Part shown: piece by piece, positions 56,198-64,000 of the stretch | How positions within the stretch are numbered: position 1 is the stretch's first letter | Layout of the letters: each line of letters opens with the position of its first letter | Assembly: GCA_039714655.1 (NCBI GenBank) | Contig: JBDLIX010000002.1 | Coordinates: 46,242-110,241, forward strand | Reading direction: 5' to 3' | Origin: Bacteroidota bacterium | Lineage (GTDB): Bacteria > Bacteroidota > Bacteroidia > Bacteroidales > GCA-2748055 | Length of the DNA stretch: 64,000 bases | Position numbers and translations under genes: made by a program | The notes under the pieces: generated by a model | Told to the model about the DNA's origin: nothing | Seen by the model: the letters and a program-made list of their open reading frames with translations, nothing else | Database searches by the model: none

Positions 56198-58216
56198 GTT
56201 CTGGGCTTCTGCAGAGGGCTCTACAAAATGCAATGAACCATCGGGATTTTCTGAAAGCAGAATCATGCCCTGTGACTCAATCCCTTTGATCTTCCTGGGG
56301 GCTAAATTGGCTAAAACGCACACTTTTTTCCCGGGTAAACCATCAGGCTGGTAGTATTCTGCAATTCCCGAAACAATGGTTCGTGTTTCAAAGCCCAGAT
56401 CAACCTCCATTTTGATCAGCTTTTTTGTTTTGGGCACCTTTTCTGCTTCCAGGATCGTCCCTGTCCGAAGGTCCATGTGCGTAAAATCGTCAAAGGTGAT
56501 CTCCTCTTTCTGGGGAGAGAGTGCTGCAGGTTCTTCATTCTCCTCTTTGGTCTTCATCAGTTTGTCAAGTTGTGCCTGGATCTGCTCATCTTCAATCTTC
56601 TCAAAAAGCAGAGAAGCTTTAGCCAGGAGATGTCCGGGTGCCAGCAGATCAGGGGATCCAATGTGGTCCCATGAGGCCTCCTTAAACTGAATAAAACCAC
56701 GCAATTTTTCCATTGAGAAAGGGAGGAAAGGATCCATCAGGAGGGTGAGGTTGGCAGTGATCTGAAGGGAGATATTCAGAATGGTCTTTACCCTTTCCGG
56801 ATCGGTTTTTATGAGCTTCCATGGTTCTGTATCGGCCAGGTATTTATTTCCCAACCGGGCCAGGTCCATGGCAGTTTTGATAGCTTCCCTGAAACGAAAC
56901 AGCTCTAGACTTTTTTCCACATTTCGGCCGATGGTTTTAATCTCCTCCAGCACTGCTTTATCACTGTTCAGCAGTTGGGATATTTCCGGAACCTCCCCTT
57001 CAAAATATTTGTGGGTCAGTACCAGGGCACGGTTCACAAAATTGCCGAGAATGGCAACCAGCTCATTGTTGTTGCGGTTTTGAAAATCCTTCCAGGTAAA
57101 ATCATTGTCTTTGCTCTCCGGGGCATTGGCGCAAAGCACGTAACGCAACACATCCTGTTTTCCCGGGAACTCTTCCAGGTATTCATGCAACCATACTGCC
57201 CAGTTCCTGGAAGTGGAGATCTTATCATTCTCCAGGTTCAGGAATTCGTTGGCGGGCACATTGTCAGGCAGGATATAACTGCCTTCAGCCTTCAGCATTG
57301 TGGGGAATACAATGCAATGAAAAACGATGTTATCCTTGCCGATAAAGTGGATCATCCGGGTCTCTTTGTCCTTCCAGTACTTTTCCCAGTCAGGCGTCAA
57401 CTCCTTGGTAGCTGAGATATAGCCGATGGGCGCATCGAACCACACATAGAGCACCTTTCCGTCGGCTCCTTCCACCGGAACCGGGATGCCCCAGTCCAGG
57501 TCACGGCTCACAGCCCTGGGATGAAGTCCCTGGTCGAGCCACGATTTGCACTGTCCGTAAACATTGGGTTTCCACTCCTTATGTTCCTTCAGGATCCATT
57601 GCTCAAGCCAGGGTTCAAACTGATCCAGCGGCAGGTACCAGTGTCGTGTCTCTTTCAACACGGGTTTACTTCCACTGATGGTCGAAACCGGGTTGATCAG
57701 GTCGGATGGACTGAGCGAAGTGCCACATTGTTCACACTGGTCACCATAAGCACAGGGATTGCCACAGTGGGGACAGGTTCCGGTAATATACCGGTCGGCC
57801 AGGAAGGCAGATGCCTCTTCGTCGTAATACTGTTCCGATGTTTTTTCTATGAAAACACCTTTATCATAAAGGGTTTTAAAAAATTCAGAAGCTGTTTCGT
57901 GGTGCACCTTATTGGAGGTACGGGAATAGATGTCGAAGGTGATCCCAAAATCCTCAAATGCTTTTTTGTTCAGTTCGTGATACCTGTCCACCACATCCTG
58001 GGGCGAGGTTCCTTCCTTGCGGGCTTTCAGGGTGATTGGCACGCCATGTTCGTCAGATCCACAGACGGAGATTACATCCCTGTCCCGCTGACGGAGGTAC
58101 CGTACATAGATGTCAGAAGGCACATATACCCCTGCAAGGTGGCCCAGGTGAATGGGACCGTTTGCATAGGGTAAGGCAGAAGTGATCAGGTATCGTTTAA
58201 AAGCTTTGGTAGTCAT
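56180..58216 (-). CDS. metG: Methionine--tRNA ligase with C-terminal tRNA-binding (Trbp111/EMAP-like) domain
   Basis: [11 protein letters not shown] (HIGH), KISTSRNW (KMSKS-type), zinc knuckle CPHCG..CEQCG, and the C-terminal [22 protein letters not shown]. The ATG at 58216 is preferred over 58306. Confidence 0.95.
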   Translation of the reverse strand: MTTKAFKRYLITSALPYANGPIHLGHLAGVYVPSDIYVRYLRQRDRDVISVCGSDEHGVPITLKARKEGTSPQDVVDRYHELNKKAFEDFGITFDIYSRTSNKVHHETASEFFKTLYDKGVFIEKTSEQYYDEEASAFLADRYITGTCPHCGNPCAYGDQCEQCGTSLSPSDLINPVSTISGSKPVLKETRHWYLPLDQFEPWLEQWILKEHKEWKPNVYGQCKSWLDQGLHPRAVSRDLDWGIPVPVEGADGKVLYVWFDAPIGYISATKELTPDWEKYWKDKETRMIHFIGKDNIVFHCIVFPTMLKAEGSYILPDNVPANEFLNLENDKISTSRNWAVWLHEYLEEFPGKQDVLRYVLCANAPESKDNDFTWKDFQNRNNNELVAILGNFVNRALVLTHKYFEGEVPEISQLLNSDKAVLEEIKTIGRNVEKSLELFRFREAIKTAMDLARLGNKYLADTEPWKLIKTDPERVKTILNISLQITANLTLLMDPFLPFSMEKLRGFIQFKEASWDHIGSPDLLAPGHLLAKASLLFEKIEDEQIQAQLDKLMKTKEENEEPAALSPQKEEITFDDFTHMDLRTGTILEAEKVPKTKKLIKMEVDLGFETRTIVSGIAEYYQPDGLPGKKVCVLANLAPRKIKGIESQGMILLSENPDGSLHFVEPSAEAQNGSEIN

Positions 58217-58238
58217 TGTGAGTTCATTTGAGATCGCA

Positions 58239-58246
58239 CAAAGATA
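58239..58246 (-). promoter_or_regulatory. Bacteroidota -7 promoter box TATCTTTG upstream of metG
   Basis: Exact TAnnTTTG, 22 nt before the ATG at 58216. It lies inside the longer ORF-track version of metG, which argues for the shorter start. Confidence 0.4.
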
Positions 58247-58337
58247 GTGATAAAATGGTGTGGCCGGCAACAGGTCCGGAGGATTGACACGCTGATCTTT
58301 CACCACTGGTCACATGAATATATAAGCGAAATCTCGG

Positions 58338-58700
58338 ATGAACCAATGGGATACGGGCAGAGGTGCCGAAAGGCTGGCGGCAGCCTATTTAAGAGCTAAG
58401 GGATACTACATCTGGAAGAGCAACTGGCGATCAGGCAAAAAAGAGCTGGACCTGGTGGCGATCCATAAGGGAGAGCTGGTCATTGTGGAAGTCAAATCCC
58501 GGGTGGGGAACCAGGTAAACCTTCCTTCCGAAGTAGTACACCCAAAAAAGCAACGGAACATTATTCTGGCAGCTGAAGCCTTCATTCGATATCACAACAG
58601 CAAGCGACCTACCCGGTTCGATGTGATAGCAGTTGTCTACTCCTCCCGGGGTGTTGAGATCGAACATATTGAGAATGCGTTCTTTCCAGAAGTTGAATAA
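58338..58700 (+). CDS. YraN-family (UPF0102) endonuclease-fold protein
   Basis: 120 aa. GAERLAAAYLRAKGY..ELDLVA..LVIVEVKSR. Confidence 0.85.
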   Translation: MNQWDTGRGAERLAAAYLRAKGYYIWKSNWRSGKKELDLVAIHKGELVIVEVKSRVGNQVNLPSEVVHPKKQRNIILAAEAFIRYHNSKRPTRFDVIAVVYSSRGVEIEHIENAFFPEVE

Positions 58701-58703
58701 GAC

Positions 58704-59609
58704 TTATTTTTGTTGCATTTTGTAGTCAACAATGGTGATAATCAATGTAGAAACTAAAACCAGGACACCTCCAACAATAGAGTGCATGTTAAGTGTTTCA
58801 CTAAGCCATATGGCCGCAATCGGAAGGCCAAAGAATGTAATGAGGTAATTGGACAAAGCCACCTGCATTGCATCCAGAATCTTCAGGGCCTTAAAAAAAA
58901 GAACCATTGAGAGGAAATTGTGAAAGAGCGTGAGCAAGGTAAATCCCGTCCAGGTTTGCCCCGTAAATTCTGGAATCCTTGCAAATACATCATGTTCGGA
59001 ATATAATACAAGCGGTGTAAGCAAGATGAGTATAGCAATATAGGTGTAAAACACCATCTCCATTTCGGAATACCTGCTGGCAATTTTTTTAATCCCCACG
59101 TTGAAATATGAATTACTGAGGATGGCCACAAAAACCAGGATATTCCCAAGCGCATATTTTGAACTGAAATTGAGCTGCCCTATATCACCGGTAGAGATAA
59201 GAATGACACCAAGAATGGCAATCATAAAACTAATCCAGCGTACCCTATTCATCTTTTCTTTTAGTATCAGAAAAGCAAAGACCGCAGTAATAACGGGCAG
59301 GCTCAGAAACAGAATGGCTGAATTACTGGCAAGTGTGTACTGTGTACCCCAGGTTACTAATACCTGTGCAGGAAAAGCCCCTAGCAAAGCCAGTTGTCCG
59401 AAAATAAGAATATCTTTTAACTTCCTGCCATCGCTTTTAAAATCCCTCAAAGCAAAAGGAGCTAATAACAAAGTAGCTATAAGCATGGGACCCCAAACCG
59501 TGAAAAACGGACCCATCTGATCTTGTGTCAGCTTGATGCTTGTAAACTGAAGTGACCACATCAGGTTACAAGCAAAAAGTATGATCCATGAAATTATAGT
59601 TTTTCTCAA
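58704..59609 (-). CDS. DMT superfamily (EamA-type) transporter
   Basis: 301 aa, 10 predicted TM segments in two EamA-like halves. Confidence 0.8.
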   Translation of the reverse strand: MRKTIISWIILFACNLMWSLQFTSIKLTQDQMGPFFTVWGPMLIATLLLAPFALRDFKSDGRKLKDILIFGQLALLGAFPAQVLVTWGTQYTLASNSAILFLSLPVITAVFAFLILKEKMNRVRWISFMIAILGVILISTGDIGQLNFSSKYALGNILVFVAILSNSYFNVGIKKIASRYSEMEMVFYTYIAILILLTPLVLYSEHDVFARIPEFTGQTWTGFTLLTLFHNFLSMVLFFKALKILDAMQVALSNYLITFFGLPIAAIWLSETLNMHSIVGGVLVLVSTLIITIVDYKMQQK

Positions 59610-59889
59610 ATCATCTCAATTTAAGTTCAATTTAGAAATCCACCGTATCTGACGATGGTCATGCATGTTTGGCTGGGCAAATATCGCAATATGATCAAAT
59701 ATTGCAAGCTTATACAGTGATTTATCAAAGTTGTTTTTCCAGGTAATAGTAGTAGTAAGGATTCCTGCGACTGTACAGGTTGTAGACTGAGAAAGTCCAG
59801 TTGGCATCATCTTTGAGATTGGCGGCAATAAATTATGGTTCTGCAACAAGCAGCGCAAAAGTCAACTTTGATATGATCATAACAATGGT

Positions 59890-59897
59890 TATTTTTG
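59890..59897 (+). promoter_or_regulatory. Bacteroidota -7 promoter box TATTTTTG upstream of the S9 peptidase gene
   Basis: Exact TAnnTTTG, 10 nt before the ATG at 59908 and 16 nt before the second ATG at 59914. Confidence 0.35.
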
Positions 59898-59907
59898 GCC
59901 GCCTAAA

Positions 59908-62073
59908 ATGAAAATGAAACGAAATAACCAGATTAAAAACAACAGACTATCTGTGGTTTTTGCAGTAATGATTCTTAGTGGCCTGTTTCTGTCCTGTGCA
60001 AATAAGGCATCAGATGAATCACACATTGAAATCTCTTCATCAGAACAGTCGGTTCGTACTATTACGCTACAGGACATCGTTCTGCGAAGAGAAATAGAGG
60101 AGCAGCAGATCTCTCCGGATGGTAAGAAAGTTGCCATCATAGTTAAACAAGCCAGTATTGACGAAAACCGGTACTATTATGCGCTCTATATACAGGATGT
60201 GAATTCCGGTCATATTCCAAAAAAATATGCAGAATTCAAGGATATTTCGAATCTAAGATGGACACCCGACGGTTCTTCATTAACCTACCTGTCAAGCAGC
60301 AAAGGCGTCAATCAAATATGGATCCGTAATATCGATACAAATAGAACCGATCTCCTGTTTACGCATCTGCAATCCATCTCAAAATATGAATACTCAACCC
60401 ATGGAAAGAAGATTGCATTTCTTTCCCAGGCCTCCGTTACAGAAGAAGAAATTCAACAGGAAGCTGATAAGGGCATACTATACAGAGACCATTATGATTT
60501 TCTCAATATTGTCAAAAGAAATTGGATCAGCAAACCTTACGAACTATGGATATTTGACAAAAAGAGCAATTCTCAGGAAAAAATATGGACCCAGGAAACA
60601 TCCATATCAGCTTTTTCCTGGTCGCATTCTGACGAGTACATCGCTTTAGAATACTATCCTTCAAATAAAGCAGAGGACCGTTATCAAAGAGATATCGGTA
60701 TCTACGATTTTGCAAAGAAAGAAATCGTTCCTATTGTCACGACAACCTCTTATGACCGAAATCCAATATGGTCACCAGACGACCGGTATCTCGTCTTCAC
60801 ATCCAGAGCTTTGGGTAAAAAAAGGAATAAATATGGATCCTATTCACTGTTTACACTGGATATGAATACCAGAGAAAAAACAGAAATATTGAAAGATACC
60901 AGTATTCCATCCTCCTCAAAAATATGGTGGCCATCAGAAGAGCGCAAAGTATTCTTAGTGATGGATAATCGCCAGCGATCAGCGCTCTACCAGGTATCAT
61001 TATCAGATGGTATGCTGCAGAAAGTATTTGAGACCAATGATCACATTTCTGATTTTGCCTTCGATCAAAAAGGCCAATATTGTTCCTGTATCTGTCAAAA
61101 TCCCAATACACCACCGGAAATAGCTGTGAGTAGTTTAGAGGATAAGTCATTATCCATACAGACTGAACTTAATCCGGAATTTAAACATATCCTCAGGGGC
61201 CAGGTGGAAGACATATCGTGGGAAAATGAATATGGACAAACAACCAATGGTTTCCTGATAAAGCCTATCAATATGGAGAAAGGGGAAAAGTATCCTTTCC
61301 TGTTGATGTTATACGGATTCAGTGGCGAATTTATCGCAGATGCCCAATGGATCACCAGCTATCCTGTTCAATACTATGCGGCAAACGATTATGTGGTGCT
61401 AATGATGAATTATCCCTATTATACAGGTAAGGACCTTAAAGGTCAGAGAGCCGCTTTAGTAAACAAGATCTATAATCCTTTAAGGAGTATTGAAAAAGCC
61501 GTGGAAATTGTGGATGATATGGGAATTATCGATATTCATAAAAAGGGCATCATGGGACTGTCATACGGAAGTTTTTTAACCGATTATACCATAACGCATA
61601 CCAATTTATTTGAATGTGCCTCTTCAACCGATGGCGGTCTGTACAATCCGGGAAGATACTGGATGAGTACAGCTGGTTATCAGTATAACGTTGATGGAGT
61701 TTACGGAGGACCATTGTTTTATGATGCATTTGAACAGTACCAGTTAATTGCCCCGGCTTTCAACGCGGATAAGGTTCAGGCTCCGGTGCTGATGGAGTAC
61801 GCAAAACGAATCTATGGATTGGAATTCTATACAGCGTTGAAAAAACAGCAGGTTCCGGTTGAATTGATCTTCTATCCGGATGAACCCCATTCTTTTCTTC
61901 AGCCGAAACATCGAATGGCCTCGATGGAAAAGAATTTCGACTGGTTTGAATACTGGTTACTCGGTAAAAAAGACCCGGATGAATCTAAACTGGAACAGTA
62001 TCAGAGGTGGGACTCAATGAAAGAAAGATTCGAATCAAAACGGAAGATGGTAGGGATTTCGCAAAATAGATAA
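59908..62073 (+). CDS. S9-family serine peptidase (prolyl oligopeptidase / dipeptidyl-peptidase type) lipoprotein
   Basis: Lipobox LFLSC. The N-terminus is beta-propeller-like (..SPDGKKVA.., ..WTPDGSSL.., ..WSPDDRYLVF..). The C-terminal alpha/beta hydrolase carries GLSYGS (GxSxG). Confidence 0.85.
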   Translation: MKMKRNNQIKNNRLSVVFAVMILSGLFLSCANKASDESHIEISSSEQSVRTITLQDIVLRREIEEQQISPDGKKVAIIVKQASIDENRYYYALYIQDVNSGHIPKKYAEFKDISNLRWTPDGSSLTYLSSSKGVNQIWIRNIDTNRTDLLFTHLQSISKYEYSTHGKKIAFLSQASVTEEEIQQEADKGILYRDHYDFLNIVKRNWISKPYELWIFDKKSNSQEKIWTQETSISAFSWSHSDEYIALEYYPSNKAEDRYQRDIGIYDFAKKEIVPIVTTTSYDRNPIWSPDDRYLVFTSRALGKKRNKYGSYSLFTLDMNTREKTEILKDTSIPSSSKIWWPSEERKVFLVMDNRQRSALYQVSLSDGMLQKVFETNDHISDFAFDQKGQYCSCICQNPNTPPEIAVSSLEDKSLSIQTELNPEFKHILRGQVEDISWENEYGQTTNGFLIKPINMEKGEKYPFLLMLYGFSGEFIADAQWITSYPVQYYAANDYVVLMMNYPYYTGKDLKGQRAALVNKIYNPLRSIEKAVEIVDDMGIIDIHKKGIMGLSYGSFLTDYTITHTNLFECASSTDGGLYNPGRYWMSTAGYQYNVDGVYGGPLFYDAFEQYQLIAPAFNADKVQAPVLMEYAKRIYGLEFYTALKKQQVPVELIFYPDEPHSFLQPKHRMASMEKNFDWFEYWLLGKKDPDESKLEQYQRWDSMKERFESKRKMVGISQNR

Positions 62074-62176
62074 CATTTCTAATAAGGAGATGCAATACCA
62101 TTATTGAACTCAATTGTAAAACCAGAAATGCTCCAGCAACTTCTCTATTGTTTTCATGATGGTAAGTTTCAGATGA

Positions 62177-64000
62177 TTAAAAATATACCCTGTACATCAG
62201 GATCGGGAAGAAGGAAAACTGGGTGATATAACCAATGGAACCGGGCTGACTCTCATCGTAATACTCAGAAATCCTTCCCTGGTTGTTGGTCACATTCATC
62301 AGGTCAATGAATATCTCATGTGTGGCCCTGGGCCTGTTGAACTTGTAACTGACCGACAGATTCAGCTGGAGAATGTCATCAAGCTTTGTATCATAGGCTT
62401 TCTGGTAGTCCCAGTACCTGTTGTTTTCGGGATCAACATCCAGGTTGCCACCGGAATCCCTTAGCAGTGGGATGATCTTTTTACCCCCCCCGAAGAAAAG
62501 CCTGGTGTTGATCGCCAGGGTCTGGTTGTCCTTCCTGCCCAGGTTTTCAAATTCCTTGCCGGCAAGGACATTGACAAGGTAGTGGTTATTAAATGCGGTA
62601 TTCCTTTCTATATTCTCCAGGGATTTATAGGTCGAATTGAACAATGATGCATTGATCATAAAGTAGTATTTGTCAGCGAAAAAGCGCTCAAGGGTCAGTT
62701 CCACACCGTAGTTTTTACCTGTTCCCTTATTGACCAGGTCCACGTATTTGAAATCGATGCCTTCGTTGATGGTGGCATAGTAACTGGTGTCGTTGTTCTC
62801 AACCGGCAGATCATACAGGTGCTGGTAATAGAGTTCTGCCTTTGCCATCAGGTTCTTGGAAAACCGTTTTTCATACCCCAGCACAAAATGGTGTGCTTTC
62901 AGCAGATCAAGCTCCTTATTGGGTTCCGCTACACTACCGTCTTCCATTTCTATTCTGGTAAAATAGTTGTGAACACTCTCCATGGTGCTATGCTTGCCAT
63001 AGCCGGCGTGAAGAGAATTGGATGGATTGATCTTCCAGTTCAATGCAAGCCGGGGTTCAAGAGCACCTGTGTTGTTGAAGAGGAGATGGAAATAATGAAG
63101 TCCGGATACCAATGTGATCTTGTCATTGATCCTGTGCTTCCAGCTTACAAAGCCGTTGGCAGAACCAACATGCTCCTTAAAATCGACCACTGTAAACATG
63201 TGGGCTGTATCCCCCTGGAGCATACTCTGTTTGAAGTCATAGTCCGTCAGTGTATATTTTGCCCCTATCCTGATCTTGTTTTTTGCATTCAACTTGAGAT
63301 GGTATGTTCCTGCTGCACTATATGCGGACCTCAGCAAGCTGTTGTTATAGCTTAATATTCTTTCGGTTGCAGGGTTACTTTGATACACCTTGTCATCAAT
63401 ACCACTGGCAGAATAGCAGAAAGAGGTTTTCAGGTAGCTGTTGTTCCGAAAAGAGCGCGTGTGGTTCAATCCCACATTTCCCAGGAAGGTCCCTTTGTCA
63501 TAATCTTTGCGATGGTCTCTGTCCCTGGTCTTGTTGTCAGGAAAAGCTGCAGTTTCAGGTGTTACATCTTCAAAGGAATACATGCTGAGGCCACCCACAC
63601 CAAAAAGGGAAAATGTTCCGGCTGTTCTTGTTGGCAGTACTACTTTGAATGTGGCATCCTGGAATTTCACAATCCCCGAATCATCCACAAGACCAAGATC
63701 GCTGATCAAAGATGAAATGGAATACCTGTAGTTTACCAGGTATGAGCCTCCGTATCCTCTTTTAAAAGGCCCTTCCAGCGTCAGGTCTGTTCCAAGTAAT
63801 CCCACCCCGATCGTGGATTCGAAATGTTCATTATTTCCCGTCCTGAGTTTTACGTCCATAACACTGGATAAAACATCTCCGTATTCCGGTGAAAAAGCCC
63901 CGGTATAGAAGTCTGAAGCGGCCAGTAGATTATTATTCAGTACACTGAGTCCCTCACCTCCCAAAGAGTTTTGATCGTCAAAATGGTAGGGATTCGGTAT
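62177..64000 (-). CDS. TonB-dependent outer-membrane receptor (N-terminus lies outside the window)
   Basis: The frame stays open to the window end. The plug-to-barrel transition reads ..GAFSPEYGDVLSSVMDVKLRTGN.. and the barrel ends ..FFPILMYRVYF. Confidence 0.85.
   Translation of the reverse strand: MPNPYHFDDQNSLGGEGLSVLNNNLLAASDFYTGAFSPEYGDVLSSVMDVKLRTGNNEHFESTIGVGLLGTDLTLEGPFKRGYGGSYLVNYRYSISSLISDLGLVDDSGIVKFQDATFKVVLPTRTAGTFSLFGVGGLSMYSFEDVTPETAAFPDNKTRDRDHRKDYDKGTFLGNVGLNHTRSFRNNSYLKTSFCYSASGIDDKVYQSNPATERILSYNNSLLRSAYSAAGTYHLKLNAKNKIRIGAKYTLTDYDFKQSMLQGDTAHMFTVVDFKEHVGSANGFVSWKHRINDKITLVSGLHYFHLLFNNTGALEPRLALNWKINPSNSLHAGYGKHSTMESVHNYFTRIEMEDGSVAEPNKELDLLKAHHFVLGYEKRFSKNLMAKAELYYQHLYDLPVENNDTSYYATINEGIDFKYVDLVNKGTGKNYGVELTLERFFADKYYFMINASLFNSTYKSLENIERNTAFNNHYLVNVLAGKEFENLGRKDNQTLAINTRLFFGGGKKIIPLLRDSGGNLDVDPENNRYWDYQKAYDTKLDDILQLNLSVSYKFNRPRATHEIFIDLMNVTNNQGRISEYYDESQPGSIGYITQFSFFPILMYRVYF

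Noticed and set aside
57521-58174. Plus-strand 217-aa ORF inside metG. The same applies to 9986-10459 in the LolE-like gene, 49240-49731 in glmS, 62819-63355 in the second TonB receptor, 14387-14854, 39851-40306 and 42445-42849
   Set aside because: All are antisense or out of frame within genes carrying unambiguous catalytic motifs, and no independent evidence supports them.
59802-59817. Second sigma-54-like site TGGCATcatctTTGAG upstream of the S9 peptidase
   Set aside because: The invariant -12 GC is replaced by GA and the -24 element has C to T. This is not a credible sigma-54 promoter.
59616-59858. 80-aa ORF in the long EamA / S9-peptidase spacer
   Set aside because: It has no -7 box or plausible start context, its composition is unusual and it matches no motif. 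I treat the region as non-coding, and it is reported as a finding only for its repeats.

Overview
This 64-kb window looks like a core chromosomal segment of a Bacteroidota genome. The evidence is a porP-gldK-gldL-gldM-gldN type IX secretion (T9SS) operon, a SprB-repeat adhesin, TonB-dependent receptors, TAnnTTTG -7 promoter boxes and very short leaders. About 46 protein-coding genes fill most of the window. I found no rRNA, tRNA, CRISPR array, transposase or integrase. Housekeeping genes present are asnS (partial), rpoN, rbfA, trpS, ung, topA, a class A PBP, radA, panC/panD, glmS and metG. They are interleaved with cell-envelope content: the T9SS core operon; a 1736-aa SprB-repeat adhesin with a type-B T9SS C-terminal domain and its own PorP/SprF gene; two TonB-dependent receptors; MlaEF-like and LolE-like transporters; a nucleotide-sugar cluster (rfbB, galE, WbpA/TviB-like, WbpB-like); and a predicted periplasmic sugar-oxidation module (Tat-signal Gfo/Idh/MocA, DUF1080, DUF4838). 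Four signals are not explained by ordinary gene calls. (1) An exact sigma-54 promoter consensus lies 5 nt after the ung stop. It points into a 239-bp gene-free spacer and is followed by a hairpin and a strand-specific intrinsic terminator, which suggests a ~70-nt sigma-54-dependent sRNA. (2) A family of 70-85-nt imperfect-palindrome repeats sits just after three plus-strand genes. One head-to-head pair is adjacent (29.6 kb). Another head-to-head pair brackets the 4.5-kb sugar-oxidation cluster. (3) A tightly coupled three-gene operon of uncharacterised envelope proteins (TM-anchored beta-propeller protein, lipoprotein, PorP-like outer-membrane barrel) lies at 20993-26844. (4) An identical 13-nt motif sits at the same distance upstream of radA and panD. 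All family assignments come from motifs read by eye. No database search was run.
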